DNA of 64,000 nucleotides from an uncultured Bacteroidales bacterium. Lineage in GTDB: Bacteria; Bacteroidota; Bacteroidia; Bacteroidales; UBA7960. Each line of letters starts with the position of its first letter. The stretch's first letter is position 1. Of the stretch, positions 50,595 to 61,600 are shown one piece after another. The DNA is taken from NCBI GenBank assembly GCA_964387795.1, contig CAYLYP010000009.1, positions 998 to 64,997 of the forward strand, in the 5' to 3' direction. A program made the position numbers and the translations under genes. The notes beneath the pieces were generated by a model, which made no database searches, was not told where the DNA came from, and saw nothing but the letters and a program-made list of their open reading frames with translations.

Positions 50595-52919
50595 ATGAAA
50601 ACAAGGATCATTTTTATCTTAATGTTAGCGCTTGCAGGGGTTCATACACAAGGCCAATGGCAACAGCTTCATCCAAGGCCAACGGGCATGTCATATTTAA
50701 CAGTATGCGCGCTTGAAGGAAACAAGATTATAACAGGAGCAGGCCCCGGAATTTATCTGGGGGAAATGCATGGTTCAGTGTGGTCAAAAACACTGAACAC
50801 AAGTTATGAGATTTTTGATATGTCATTTGCAAATTCGTTAAATGGAATTGCAGCAGCTGCCGAATCAAGGGTTTTTTATACAAGTGACGGTGGCGCACAA
50901 TGGACCGAAGTGTTCCTAAATGGATATGCAGACATAAAAGGAGTTTCTTTACTTCCTTCAGGAGTTGGTTTCGCTGTTGGAGAAAATGGAATTTATAAGA
51001 CAACTGACTTTGGTCAGAACTGGGCAATAATGGAAACTTCTATCAGTGAATACGAATTGTATAGTGTGTTTGCTTTGGATGAGGATCATATTTCTGTTGT
51101 GGGCGACCAGGATGTTGTGTTCTTAACAGATGACGGGGGTGCAAACTGGAACTCCTATACATTTTCCCAGATGAATAGGATTAGCTGTGTGTACTTTATT
51201 GATGAGGATATTGGCTTTGTTGGGGATGATAAGGGATACCTGATGCGGACAAACAATGGTGGAGAAAGTTGGGAAGAGGTTTTTTATGAAGTTTGGAATT
51301 CGATTTATTCTATAAGGTTTGTTACTCCCGAAACAGGTATAGCTACTTCAACAGACCAGATATTAAAAACCACTGATGGGGGCCAAAGCTGGAATGTTAT
51401 TTCTTTTCCCGAATCAGATAGTTTTTATTCTGTTGCATGGGCAGGAGAAAACACAGTTTATATTGCAGGCACGATGGGTGTATTCAGGTCTTTTGATGCA
51501 GGCCTCAACTGGGAAAACCTTAATCAAAGCACAACAAGGAATGGTTTTGCCACTGCTGCATATTATGGAGAAAATACAATACTTGCTTTTAGCAATGCAT
51601 CAAGCATTATCCGTTCAGAAGACAATGGCTATTCCTGGGAAGAACTTCCTCCTCCTTCTACTGGATATTACCCATATAGAAATGCCTGTGAAGTTAATAA
51701 TGAAGAAATATTTGTCATAACCTTATCCGGTAAAATCCTCAAGACCATTGATGGGGGTGATAGTTGGGAAATTATTGATCCCGGAATTGTTGCCCAGGGT
51801 ATAGATATTATTTTTCAGGATTCCCAAACAGGCTTCATTTCACTTGCCGATGGGAATATTTACCGCACCACAGATGGAGGCCAAAACTGGTCAAGCGTTT
51901 ACACAGGAACCTATAATATAATGAAGATACGCTTTTTTGATTCACAATTAGGGATGGCTGTGGGGGATGCAGGTATAATTCTTAGGACAACCAATGGAGG
52001 GCTTAGCTGGGTCGAAATAGCAAATCCAAACACAAACCTTTACAATGACCTGGTCTTTTTAAATCAGGATACGATTTTCGCTATTGGGAAATGGGGCAGG
52101 ATATACCGCTCGACAGATTCTGGATTAAACTGGCTGCAAATACCTACAGGAAACAATAATGAGTTGGTTTCAATTGTTTTTTTTGATCAAAACACAGCTT
52201 ATATCACAACAAGTGTATTTGGCACTACCTTAAAAACTACGGACGGGGGAAATACATGGGCTTATGACACTTACCTGGGCTATAATTATTCAAAAGCAAT
52301 ACCAACACCCAATGGTTCTATTCTTGTTGTTGGAGGGTATGGGCATATCTCAATACTGCCTGTTGAAGGAAGCTGGAATACGCCATCCAGCCCGGTTGCT
52401 TTGGCAGCCCAATCAATAACAGCAACAGGTTTTACAGCCCATTGGGATGCTTCAGAAGGAGCTAAAAGCTATTTATTGTTTGTGTCAAATGATGGTTTTA
52501 ATTCCTGTATTGAAGGCTATCACCCTTATAGGATCCAAACAACAGAGGCCACAATTACCGGTCTGGAGCCTAATAAAAGCTATGCTTACAAAGTTATTGC
52601 ATCAAATGAAGCGGGTAATTCAGCTTTTTCAAATACAATAGATGTCCAAACCCCTCCACTGGGAATTGGGCAGAAAAATGTTTTTAAAGTAAATGTATAT
52701 CCCAATCCTGCCAAAGAATATATAAGCATAGGGGTCTTTGAAAATGAAAGGGAAGCCTGTGAAATAGCAATAATAAATTATTGTGGTCAGGAATTGGAAA
52801 CATTCCAGCTCCGGGAAGGAACCCGGGCTATTGATGTTAGAAGTTGGCCGGCAGGGATTTATCTGCTAAAAATAACAGATCAAAAAAATACAATCACCAA
52901 AAAGATTGTTGTTCAGTAA
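50595..52919 (+). CDS. BNR/Asp-box repeat (Ycf48/sortilin-like beta-propeller) protein with an FN3-like domain and a T9SS C-terminal sorting domain
   Basis: More than 10 S/T-x-D-x-G-x-x-W boxes (TSDGGAQW, TTDFGQNW, TDDGGANW, TNNGGESW, TTDGGQSW …). C-terminal VYPNPA…GIYLLKITDQKNTITKKIVVQ. Confidence 0.85.
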   Translation: MKTRIIFILMLALAGVHTQGQWQQLHPRPTGMSYLTVCALEGNKIITGAGPGIYLGEMHGSVWSKTLNTSYEIFDMSFANSLNGIAAAAESRVFYTSDGGAQWTEVFLNGYADIKGVSLLPSGVGFAVGENGIYKTTDFGQNWAIMETSISEYELYSVFALDEDHISVVGDQDVVFLTDDGGANWNSYTFSQMNRISCVYFIDEDIGFVGDDKGYLMRTNNGGESWEEVFYEVWNSIYSIRFVTPETGIATSTDQILKTTDGGQSWNVISFPESDSFYSVAWAGENTVYIAGTMGVFRSFDAGLNWENLNQSTTRNGFATAAYYGENTILAFSNASSIIRSEDNGYSWEELPPPSTGYYPYRNACEVNNEEIFVITLSGKILKTIDGGDSWEIIDPGIVAQGIDIIFQDSQTGFISLADGNIYRTTDGGQNWSSVYTGTYNIMKIRFFDSQLGMAVGDAGIILRTTNGGLSWVEIANPNTNLYNDLVFLNQDTIFAIGKWGRIYRSTDSGLNWLQIPTGNNNELVSIVFFDQNTAYITTSVFGTTLKTTDGGNTWAYDTYLGYNYSKAIPTPNGSILVVGGYGHISILPVEGSWNTPSSPVALAAQSITATGFTAHWDASEGAKSYLLFVSNDGFNSCIEGYHPYRIQTTEATITGLEPNKSYAYKVIASNEAGNSAFSNTIDVQTPPLGIGQKNVFKVNVYPNPAKEYISIGVFENEREACEIAIINYCGQELETFQLREGTRAIDVRSWPAGIYLLKITDQKNTITKKIVVQ

Positions 52920-52953
52920 TAAACACAAATACAGTTTCTAAAAAAAAACAATC

Positions 52954-53481
52954 ATGAAAAACAAAAATCCTTTTAAACGGGCCCGATCAATGATAAAAAT
53001 CATTTCTGGTTTGTTTGCTACTTCATTTTTATTGCTTTTTGCAAGCCAATCTTCGGCACAAGAGGTGATATCAGCCGGAGGAGGGAGTTTCTCGAATTCA
53101 ACAGCTAAAATAAGTTTTACTGTTGGAGAAACAGTAGTAGGCACTTTATCTGCCGGAAATCAGATTTTGACCCAGGGTTTTCAGCAAAGCAGGCTTACAA
53201 TCTTAGGCATTGAAGATAATCCGGAATTGAATATTAGTATTCAGGCTTTTCCCAATCCGGTAATCCAGAAACTCAAAATTCAAATTGGAGGATTTGATGA
53301 AGCTGCTTCAATGCATTATTGCCTGTACGACATCAATGGACGCTTAATAGTGCTTCAAAACATTACAGGAGATGAAACAAACATTGACTTTGGAGGGCTT
53401 GAACCTGCTGTTTACATGATAAGAATTAATAGTGGGAATCAAGTCTTAAAAACGATTAAAGTATTAAAAGAAAAAAACTAA
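52954..53481 (+). CDS. small secreted protein with a T9SS C-terminal sorting domain (paralogue of 9343..9846)
   Basis: AQEVISAGGG…SFTVGE…SAGNQILTQGFQQS…NISIQAFPNP…AVYMIRINSGNQVLKTIKVLK. Confidence 0.75.
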   Translation: MKNKNPFKRARSMIKIISGLFATSFLLLFASQSSAQEVISAGGGSFSNSTAKISFTVGETVVGTLSAGNQILTQGFQQSRLTILGIEDNPELNISIQAFPNPVIQKLKIQIGGFDEAASMHYCLYDINGRLIVLQNITGDETNIDFGGLEPAVYMIRINSGNQVLKTIKVLKEKN

Positions 53482-53499
53482 CGCAAAGACAAGAACAAA

Positions 53500-54387
53500 A
53501 TGAAACGAATTATAACTTTTCTAACAATAGTAATTGCATCGCTTGGTATTTTAAATGCACAGGCACCTGAGTCATTCAACTATCAGGCAGTAATCAGGGA
53601 CGCTAATGGAGAGATTGTCGCCAATCAGGATGTTGCATTTAAGTTTTTAATAAACAAAGGTCCGGCAGGAACAGAGACTGTTTATGCAGAAACCCAAAGC
53701 GCAACAACAGATGATTTTGGCCTTGTAAATCTAAAAATTGGTGAAGGCAACCACATCATTGGTTATTTCAACGATATTAAATGGGGCGAAAATGAATACA
53801 TCCTTGCCGTTGAAATTGATATTACAGGAGGCACCAATCACACTCCAATGGGTTCAACTAAATTAATCAGTGTGCCTTATGCCCTGCATGCAAATACTGC
53901 AAAAAGCCTGGAATCAAGGAGCATACCTATGAGTATTTTTTCTGCTTTTTTGCCTGATGGTGCAGCCACATTTACAAGTGGATATGGAGTTAACTCAGGG
54001 ATTTCATTATCTGATGCTGTTATCTCAAAAGTAAACATGAATTTTACTTTACCTCAGGATTACATTCCGGGAAGTGAAATTCATATTCGTTATGTTGTTT
54101 CAGCCAATGCAACAGGGATTGTAGGTTTTTTTCCAAACTTTATTAGTGTTTCCCGTGCAGGTGTAGGGTTCATTCAGGGAACAGGAGCAACAACAGGTTT
54201 TGTAATCGAAAGCCCTGTATCAATAACAGAGGCCAATAAACCCTATGAAGTTTGGGGTACTATAGTATGTCCTGACAGTAACGAAGAACTTCAACCCGGA
54301 GATGGGATTATCTTTGGTGTGTACCGTAATATAACTGATGCCAATACAGGTGTTTTTAAAATTCATGCTGTTGAGATTTTCTATTAA
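53500..54387 (+). CDS. secreted protein with an N-terminal 'YQAVIR…SVPYALHA' module and a unique C-terminal domain
   Basis: Signal peptide. APESFNYQAVIRDANGEIV…GLVNLKIGEG…IKWGENEYILAVEID…LISVPYALHANTAKSL is paralogous to the N-terminus of 8053..9177. Confidence 0.75.
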   Translation: MKRIITFLTIVIASLGILNAQAPESFNYQAVIRDANGEIVANQDVAFKFLINKGPAGTETVYAETQSATTDDFGLVNLKIGEGNHIIGYFNDIKWGENEYILAVEIDITGGTNHTPMGSTKLISVPYALHANTAKSLESRSIPMSIFSAFLPDGAATFTSGYGVNSGISLSDAVISKVNMNFTLPQDYIPGSEIHIRYVVSANATGIVGFFPNFISVSRAGVGFIQGTGATTGFVIESPVSITEANKPYEVWGTIVCPDSNEELQPGDGIIFGVYRNITDANTGVFKIHAVEIFY

Positions 54388-54415
54388 AAAATAGTATATT
54401 TTCATTAAGCATTGT

Positions 54416-54530
54416 AAGGCTTTTCATTCATATATACCACACTTGCCTGCTTCTAAAAAAACAATCAGGCAGGATACATCCCAAAAGCTATGGGATTAAA
54501 AAGTGTAGGGAAAGATGAATGAAAGGCCTT
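54416..54530 (+). other. structured element of about 115 nt: a 16-bp outer stem enclosing two hairpins, followed by a T-run
   Basis: Outer stem 54416..54431/54515..54530 (one G-U pair). Inner stems TGCCTG/CAGGCA (54444..54449/54466..54471) and ATCCCA/TGGGAT (54478..54483/54491..54496). TTTT follows. Confidence 0.4.
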
Positions 54531-54631
54531 TTTATAATTGTTGACCATAATCTAAAAAAAACAATCATTAAAAGGTGAGAGGGGTAAAGGACAATAGTGT
54601 AATACGCTAAGGAAACTGCTTATAAAAAATG

Positions 54632-54660
54632 AAAGAGGGCTGAATCATTCAGCCCTCTTT
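54632..54660 (-). terminator. intrinsic terminator downstream of tRNA-Asn
   Basis: AAAGAGGGCTGAAT/ATTCAGCCCTCTTT palindrome. The minus strand then reads CATTTTTTA. Confidence 0.7.
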
Positions 54661-54667
54661 GTTTTTG

Positions 54668-54741
54668 CTCCTCCTTCAGGACTTGAACCTGAGACCCTCT
54701 GATTAACAGTCAGATGCTCTAACCAACTGAGCTAAGGAGGA
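54668..54741 (-). tRNA. tRNA-Asn (anticodon GTT)
   Basis: Folded by hand. TCCTCCT-TA-GCTC-AGTTGGTTA-GAGC-A-TCTGA-CTGTTAA-TCAGA-GGGTC-TCAGG-TTCAAGT-CCTGA-AGGAGGA-G. 74 nt. Confidence 0.95.
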
Positions 54742-55097
54742 GTATATATTATGTTCGTTAAAAAATCGGGGGTTTTTGTTTACCGCCGTATTTCGAGTTG
54801 CAAATTTATAGCAAATTTCTTTACCAACAAGCTTTTTTTTAAAAAAATTTTATTGATGAAAAACATTGTTTTCATGGCATTGATTTTATGATAATTACAT
54901 TTTTTATAAATGCCATGTTTTACTTTCTATTATTGTGTCAACAAGACTTACAGGCCGGAAAATACAAAAATCAAACAACAAATATTTATCAGATTTTTCT
55001 TAAAAAATCATTTTTGGAAAATATAAATGGCTTTAAAGAAAGATAACTGACTTTTGAACCAGTATATTAAACAACAAATTCCAATTTATTCCATGTG

Positions 55098-55808
55098 TTA
55101 TTTTAGTGAGACTTTTTCAATCCATTTAAAGGTAATGAAAAGAAGAACTGCATGGTAAAGAATACCGATAGTCCAGAAAAGCATAAAATGAAAATTATTG
55201 TCAATTACAATGAATGATTTATAAATCCAATAACTTGGAATTATCCCAAACAAATATTCAAAATTGCCCTGGATAAAAAAAGCAGGCAAAGGTAAAACCA
55301 TTATAAAATTTAGCATTTTGGCCCAGGTCATACCTTCAATTTTGTTTTTTGCCATAAAGGCCGGAATACATGCACTCATGGGTGCTATTGCTGATGCCAG
55401 TATTGCCAGTAATGGGGCTTTTAACTCGTTCCCGGTCAACATGCCAGACACCAGGAGCATCATCGTTGAGGCTATTACTCCAAACAAAAAGATTATTGTC
55501 ATTCGCAATCTGATAATTAACGAAAAAGAAATCGGCAAAATATGCAATGTTTGGATCAGGTTTTCATCTTTCTCATCCAGGATCACAAAACTTATTGCCA
55601 TACCCGGCATTGCAGCGGATATTAAACAAAAAGCCCCAAGAATCAAAGGCTTATACTGTACTACAATTGGCCACTGATTGGAAAGTAATGGCCACCCGAT
55701 GAATAATAACGCAGTAATAATTACCGGAACAATTAAAATCATAAACAGGGAAGGATCCCGAAAGATATTCTTAAGGTCGGTTTTAATAATTGTGAAGTAT
55801 CTTTTCAT
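55098..55808 (-). CDS. ABC-2 type exporter permease
   Basis: 236 aa, about 6 TM segments, last gene of the TetR-ATPase-permease-permease operon. Confidence 0.75.
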   Translation of the reverse strand: MKRYFTIIKTDLKNIFRDPSLFMILIVPVIITALLFIGWPLLSNQWPIVVQYKPLILGAFCLISAAMPGMAISFVILDEKDENLIQTLHILPISFSLIIRLRMTIIFLFGVIASTMMLLVSGMLTGNELKAPLLAILASAIAPMSACIPAFMAKNKIEGMTWAKMLNFIMVLPLPAFFIQGNFEYLFGIIPSYWIYKSFIVIDNNFHFMLFWTIGILYHAVLLFITFKWIEKVSLK

Positions 55809-55879
55809 TATAAAACAGTTTTTGGTGGAGCTAATGGTTTTTAAATATCCAGGTTTTAACCAATTGCGTATGAATTGGA

Positions 55880-56572
55880 TTATTTGTTAATATTGTTTAC
55901 AAACAACCGTCTGGCAAGCATCCAGGCGAAAAAAGTACAAAGCGGGAGGTAGGCATAAGCGTATATGATTTCCCAGCTTTCATAAACACCCCCTAAAGCG
56001 TAGTCAAAGAGTATAAGGGAGGCCTGGGTAGGGAAAATGTACCATATTAACCAATCCGTTAGCTCAAAAAAGTTTAAAAACGGCAAGCAGGCAGGCATAA
56101 AAGCAAGAGGGAGTACTAGAACATATTGGTTAAAAGTATTTACTTTTGAAACCCCTGCATAGCCTAAAAAAACAAACAAAAGAGAAGAAAACAAAACAGT
56201 CCACACAAAAGGCATCATATTGAAATGAAACCCCTTGGCAGCAATTATCATTGCAACACTACATATCAATGCCAGAAAGGCTAAACAAAGCGCTTTTGAC
56301 CACAAATATGCATCGGGTGAAACAGGGCTTACCCAGATCGCTTTGATTGTTCCGCTCATTTTTTCAAATAACACCAATACGCCGGTAAACATAAAACCAA
56401 GCATTACCGGGTCGGTAAATATTAAAATGATGTACAATACATCAGCCCCTTCCATGGCAAGTAATTTAAATGCAGCAATATATAGTGCCGTAATGATAAT
56501 AGATATTGTAAGGATATTGTTCCTTGCAATAAGAAGGAAATCAAGTTTTAATAAAGCAGTAAATCTTTTCAT
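55880..56572 (-). CDS. ABC-2 type exporter permease
   Basis: About 6 TM segments. Start at the internal ATG (MKRFTALLKLDF), 10 nt after the ATPase stop. Confidence 0.75.
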   Translation of the reverse strand: MKRFTALLKLDFLLIARNNILTISIIITALYIAAFKLLAMEGADVLYIILIFTDPVMLGFMFTGVLVLFEKMSGTIKAIWVSPVSPDAYLWSKALCLAFLALICSVAMIIAAKGFHFNMMPFVWTVLFSSLLFVFLGYAGVSKVNTFNQYVLVLPLAFMPACLPFLNFFELTDWLIWYIFPTQASLILFDYALGGVYESWEIIYAYAYLPLCTFFAWMLARRLFVNNINK

Positions 56573-56582
56573 GGCTATTTCA

Positions 56583-57437
56583 TTATTGCACAAGCTTATG
56601 GCCGGTGGTTTGGATAAAAATGTCCTCAAGGCTTGCTTCTTTTGAATGAAGTGAACGAATATAGTGGGTATTGATTAAATTCAGGAAATCCTGGTTAGCG
56701 CCAAGTCCATCCATTGGAAATTCGAGGGAATGAATGCCATTGTTTTCATATTCTACTTGTAGACTGCGTCTTGCATATTTTTGCTTTAAATTCCAGGGTG
56801 AATCAATGAGCACCAGTTTGCCACCTGCCATAAATGCCACACGGTCGCACAGCTCATCAGCATCGTGCATATTATGGGTTGTAAGAAAAACTGTTTTCCC
56901 CTGTTCCTTAAACTTTAAAATGATGTTTTTTAAAATCCTTGCATTAAGTGGATCCAATCCACTTGTAGGTTCATCAAGAAAAAGAATATCCGGTTTATGT
57001 AACATGGCACGAATAAAGTTTAAACGCATTCTCATACCCTTTGAGAACTCCCCAACTTTTTGATTGGCATTGTCTTTCAGACCAACCATTTCGAGTAAGG
57101 CCATCGGGTCTTCACATTCTTTATCATAAAAGGATTTGAAGAAATTAAGGTTCTCCAGTGCTGTCAACCTTGAATAATGGTTTGGAAGTTCAAAACCAAC
57201 ACCAATATTCTGAAAGAAAGCAGAGGAACAAGCAGGAGATTTAAAGCCATTAATATGAACAAGCCCTTCATACTTTTTCAATAAACCAATAAGGATTTTT
57301 TGGGTAGTGCTTTTTCCTGCCCCACTGGGTCCCAGAAAACCAAATATCTCACCCCTTGAAATATCAAAGTTTAGCTGATCAATAGCTTTTGTCTCAGAGC
57401 CTGGATAAGAAAAACAAAGGTTTTGAACTGTTATCAT
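56583..57437 (-). CDS. ABC transporter ATP-binding protein
   Basis: Walker A GPSGAGKST, signature-like FSKGMRMRL, Walker B ILFLDEPTSGLD, H-loop TTHNM. Confidence 0.95.
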   Translation of the reverse strand: MITVQNLCFSYPGSETKAIDQLNFDISRGEIFGFLGPSGAGKSTTQKILIGLLKKYEGLVHINGFKSPACSSAFFQNIGVGFELPNHYSRLTALENLNFFKSFYDKECEDPMALLEMVGLKDNANQKVGEFSKGMRMRLNFIRAMLHKPDILFLDEPTSGLDPLNARILKNIILKFKEQGKTVFLTTHNMHDADELCDRVAFMAGGKLVLIDSPWNLKQKYARRSLQVEYENNGIHSLEFPMDGLGANQDFLNLINTHYIRSLHSKEASLEDIFIQTTGHKLVQ

Positions 57438-57485
57438 ATATTTTACGTTTATACCGACCGACCGGTATGTGTATATTTAAAAAAA

Positions 57486-58085
57486 TTAGATTTCAACTAG
57501 GTCACACAAAAAATGAATCATTTGGCGTTCCGTAACAAAGATTGATGCATAGTCTGAAAGCATCACACCATGGAGTTCCACCCCATCCATCATACAACTA
57601 ATCTGTCGGGCAAAAGCGTTTTCATCAACCGATTGCTTTATTTCCCCTCTCATTTTGGCGTATGAAATCATTCTGACAAAAATCTGGCTTTCATATTCCA
57701 GATATGTTTTCATCTTTTCTTTCATGTCCGGCAAATATTGGATGGCCTGGAACAAATACATGAAAAAATTTACTTCAGGTACTTCTCCTCCCGAATAATC
57801 AGCAAACGTTTTAAATGCCTGGTCTTTTCCATCAATAATCCGAAGGAGGTTCTCTCTTAAACTTAATTGATCGTCAGGAGAGATATTTATTTTCTCAAAC
57901 ATTCCAAAGAAAAATGTATTCACTGTTTCAGAGAATAATTGCTCCTTACTAACAAAGTAATGATAAAAAGCCCCTTTGCTTAATCCGCTTTCATTCACCA
58001 GGCGACTCATTGTAATATCCCTGTAACCCTCTTTAATAAAGAGTTTAAACGCTGTAAAGAGAATATGCTGCCTTGTATCATTCAT
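57486..58085 (-). CDS. TetR/AcrR family transcriptional regulator
   Basis: RQHILFTAFKLFIKEGYRDITMSRLVNESGLSKGAFYHYFVSKEQL, the N-terminal TetR HTH. Confidence 0.9.
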   Translation of the reverse strand: MNDTRQHILFTAFKLFIKEGYRDITMSRLVNESGLSKGAFYHYFVSKEQLFSETVNTFFFGMFEKINISPDDQLSLRENLLRIIDGKDQAFKTFADYSGGEVPEVNFFMYLFQAIQYLPDMKEKMKTYLEYESQIFVRMISYAKMRGEIKQSVDENAFARQISCMMDGVELHGVMLSDYASIFVTERQMIHFLCDLVEI

Positions 58086-58215
58086 GTAAACCGACCGTTT
58101 GGTATGCAAAGATATGTCTTTTTTGTTTATTTCAATCATACAGATGAAAAAAAATAAGCTTTAGGAATAACCAGGCATCATTTAATATTGAATTTTAATG
58201 AGAATAAAATTCTTT

Positions 58216-58605
58216 TTACTCGTTTTTAGCATCAAGAGGCCTATAAATGCACCTCATCATATAATCACCCGAAGGATATTTTGATTTTTCAACATAAAGT
58301 GTTTCGGGAGTAAGTTCAATAAGAAACCATATCTCAGAAATATTCTGAATAAATATTTGCCTGGAATCCTTTTTTGACCAGTAATCATTAATATCAGGGC
58401 CAATGGATACTCTTCCATCTTTATAAAATACAGTAGGGGCAGAGAGGTTATAATTCGTCAACTCAGGATTTACATCAATAATATCAGGAATGCCCCAAAT
58501 GGTGCCGGTAAGGTAATCAATGTTGAATTCAAAATCAGGGCTTTCCTTGCATGAAGCATGGAATAGCATTGAAAGAAACAACAATAGAATGATTTTCTTT
58601 GCCAT
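58216..58605 (-). CDS. small lipoprotein (P4 of the envelope locus)
   Basis: An internal ATG gives MAKKIILLLFLSMLFHASCKE (lipobox). It lies 10 nt downstream of the P3 stop. Confidence 0.6.
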   Translation of the reverse strand: MAKKIILLLFLSMLFHASCKESPDFEFNIDYLTGTIWGIPDIIDVNPELTNYNLSAPTVFYKDGRVSIGPDINDYWSKKDSRQIFIQNISEIWFLIELTPETLYVEKSKYPSGDYMMRCIYRPLDAKNE

Positions 58606-58615
58606 ATCCTTTTTA

Positions 58616-61600
58616 TTAACGATCGATGACAATAATTTCAACCCTTCTGTTTTTCTGACGGTTTTCGGGGCTATCATTTGGGGCAATAGGACGAATATCT
58701 TCAAAGCCAACACTTTCGATATTCGAAAATCCTTTTTGCATCATATACCTCATAATCTGATTTGCCCTGTCAACAGAAAGTCCTTTGTTGTCAATGGTTT
58801 CAACAGCGTCTGAATGTCCGGCAATCTGGATTTTAACATTCGGGTTCTGTCTTAATTGATTGATGATCCTATCAAGTTCAGGATAAGCTTCATCGGGAAT
58901 ATCAGCACTGCCTGATGCAAATTTCAGGGTTTTAAGCTCAAAGCGCGAACCAACGACAATGCTTTCAAGAAGGATGTCCTTTTCAGCATCCTGAATAGTG
59001 AGAAGTTGTTCTAAAATCAGTTTATCAGAAAAACTCCAATAACCCTGGGCAGAGACCACAATTGTATAATTGGGCGAAGTAGTAAAGCTTGTAGAATACT
59101 TTCCGGTAGTTCGGTCTGAAGCTGTTCTTTCGATTAAAGAATTTCGTGTTTGATCAAAGATTTCAATCTGGGCCCTAATGGGTTGAAGTGTATTTGCATC
59201 CTTAACAGTCCCGCTAAGGTTGGTTCTTCCCAATCTTCTTATTTCGGCCTGAAGCTCATTAAATCCAGGGGCAAATTCTATTTGACGCCTGATTTCATCA
59301 AAAATAAAATTCACTTCAAACTGTTTAAACCCATTAAGATTTACCCTGTAATTATTTTGTCTTAAGTGAAAATGCTCAGTAAAAATGTTATTAATAGAAA
59401 CAATATAATTATCAACGCTAGGGACGTACATTTCCCAATAGCCTTTTGAGTCTGTAAGGGTTGATGTTGCACGCCCTTTACTGTCGATGGCTGTAATTTT
59501 AATATTACCTACTTCTATCGTACCAATGTTTGATAGTTTGCTACGGTTTAAAACCAATTGACCATAAACCTTATTTCGTTCCAGGAAGGGCATGTATTCT
59601 GTGTGGTCATTTTTGTGATGGACAAATATTTCGCTCTTCTCCGGCATAAACTTACCCTGGTCATTTCCAATACTCTCAATAGAAATACGATAAAAGCCTT
59701 CGGCAAGGTTTTCATAAGAAACAATGCCATCTGGCCCGGATAACAATTTATTTGTTATTAAAGCAGCTTTATTGTCATAGCTTTTTTCTTCTTCATCAAG
59801 CTTAGATGGGTCGATACTTTCAATGCTGACCAGGATATCCCTTACACCTGGTTCATTGTATTCATGGCTGAGGTTGCCATTTAAATCCTTAAATAACTCA
59901 ACTTTTAAATCGTGGTATTTTATTCTTGGCTGGTTCCAGTCAAAAGTTTTTTGAACCCTTGCTTCAAAATAGGTGTTCGAATATTTATACTTATTTTCTG
60001 TTATTAGATCTGTTGTTACCTGATAGCTTAAAGTATTTAAGAAGGAAGCAGTGATGCCATAGTTTAAAAACACATCAAGCTGGTTGTTCAGGTTGAACCT
60101 TGTTGTTTTAAAAGAAAAATCATGTAAGAAATTTAGTTTGCTTGAAAAGCGAACGATATCCTTAAAAATAAACTTTTCAAAATAAGGCATTACCCTAACG
60201 CTCTGGGCGCCATAATTAAAATACAACTGTGAAATCTCCTGGTTTATTGAATACGGGCCATAAAAGTAATTGAAATATATCCCCCAGAAATTTCTCCTGA
60301 TATTTATGCTAAACAAACTATTAAACATACTTTTGGACCTCATTGAATTCCTTATGGCAACCTCATTTTGAACAATATCTTCGGGAATTGAATAGCCATC
60401 AATAAAAGAATACCCCAATGTCAATGAAGGGTTAAAGAACATATTATGGCTTTCGGTAATCTTTAAACCAAGGTTGATTTTTGCTGAATGACTGCTGAAA
60501 GGGTTCTCTCCATCAAAATAGTAATATGAATTCGTTGTTTTTCTTTCATAAATTGGCCCCCCATACAACCACATATTCCCATTGATGTTTTTTCTTACTG
60601 TAAGCCCGGCAAGGGAATTTTGGTGATATTTATTTGCCGAAATCCCCGTATTGGTTTCAATCACAGGTTTATAATTTCTGTTATATACGCTTAGTTCATA
60701 AAACAAATTATTTTTATCATATGTATTAATGGTTCCGGAAAAGTCATGGCGACCGGAATTTATCCCATAATAGTTTATTGATCCTAATTGTTCCCTGGCC
60801 CTGACATTAAAATTCCTGAACTTCCCATTATAGTCAAGATAAAGTCCATATCCAAGCAAAGGATTATCAAGTAATTCATAATCCACCTCGCTAAGGCCAA
60901 GATCCACCATCATTCTTTGGTTTTGCCCAACTGAAATAACACCTTTGATGCCTGCAAGGTGTGATTTGTTACGAAGTGAATCATTACGACTATACCCATA
61001 CCTTGCTGAAATCCTAAAAGGGCTTACCGTTTCAGAAAACTCTCCACCTACAGACATGATAGGCCTGAAAGTATTTTTTCCTCCAGCTATACTTATCCGA
61101 TAATTGTTTTTAAAAAGATAAGATGTTTCAATACCCCTTCCTAATCCATATTTAAAACCGATACCCCTTACATCGCCCAAAACAAGCCTGAATGAAGGTG
61201 AATTATAACCTATCCTCATACGGCTTTGCCTGTAAACATCTTCCATGGTCTTATCGCCATATTTTCTAAAATAAAAAAAGACATCACGGTTTTTTGGAAA
61301 TAAAACAATTCCTTCAACACCTCCGGTATAATAGGCTTTTTGTTTGCTGAAAATGTTCTGTGCGGCCAGATCAACAACAAGCATCTTCTCAGATATCGGA
61401 ATATTATATTTGTAATGATTTGTAAGGTGATTAAACCAAAAAGATGAGCCAAACTCTGTTTCCTGGGTTGTGCCTAAAAGGTCAACCCTGTATAAACTAC
61501 GGTTTTCAACATTATAATCCGTAATAAGCTTTACTGGTATTTTTATCGTGGTATCTGATTTGGCGGGTATAATAACATTCATCAGCATCACATTCTCTTT

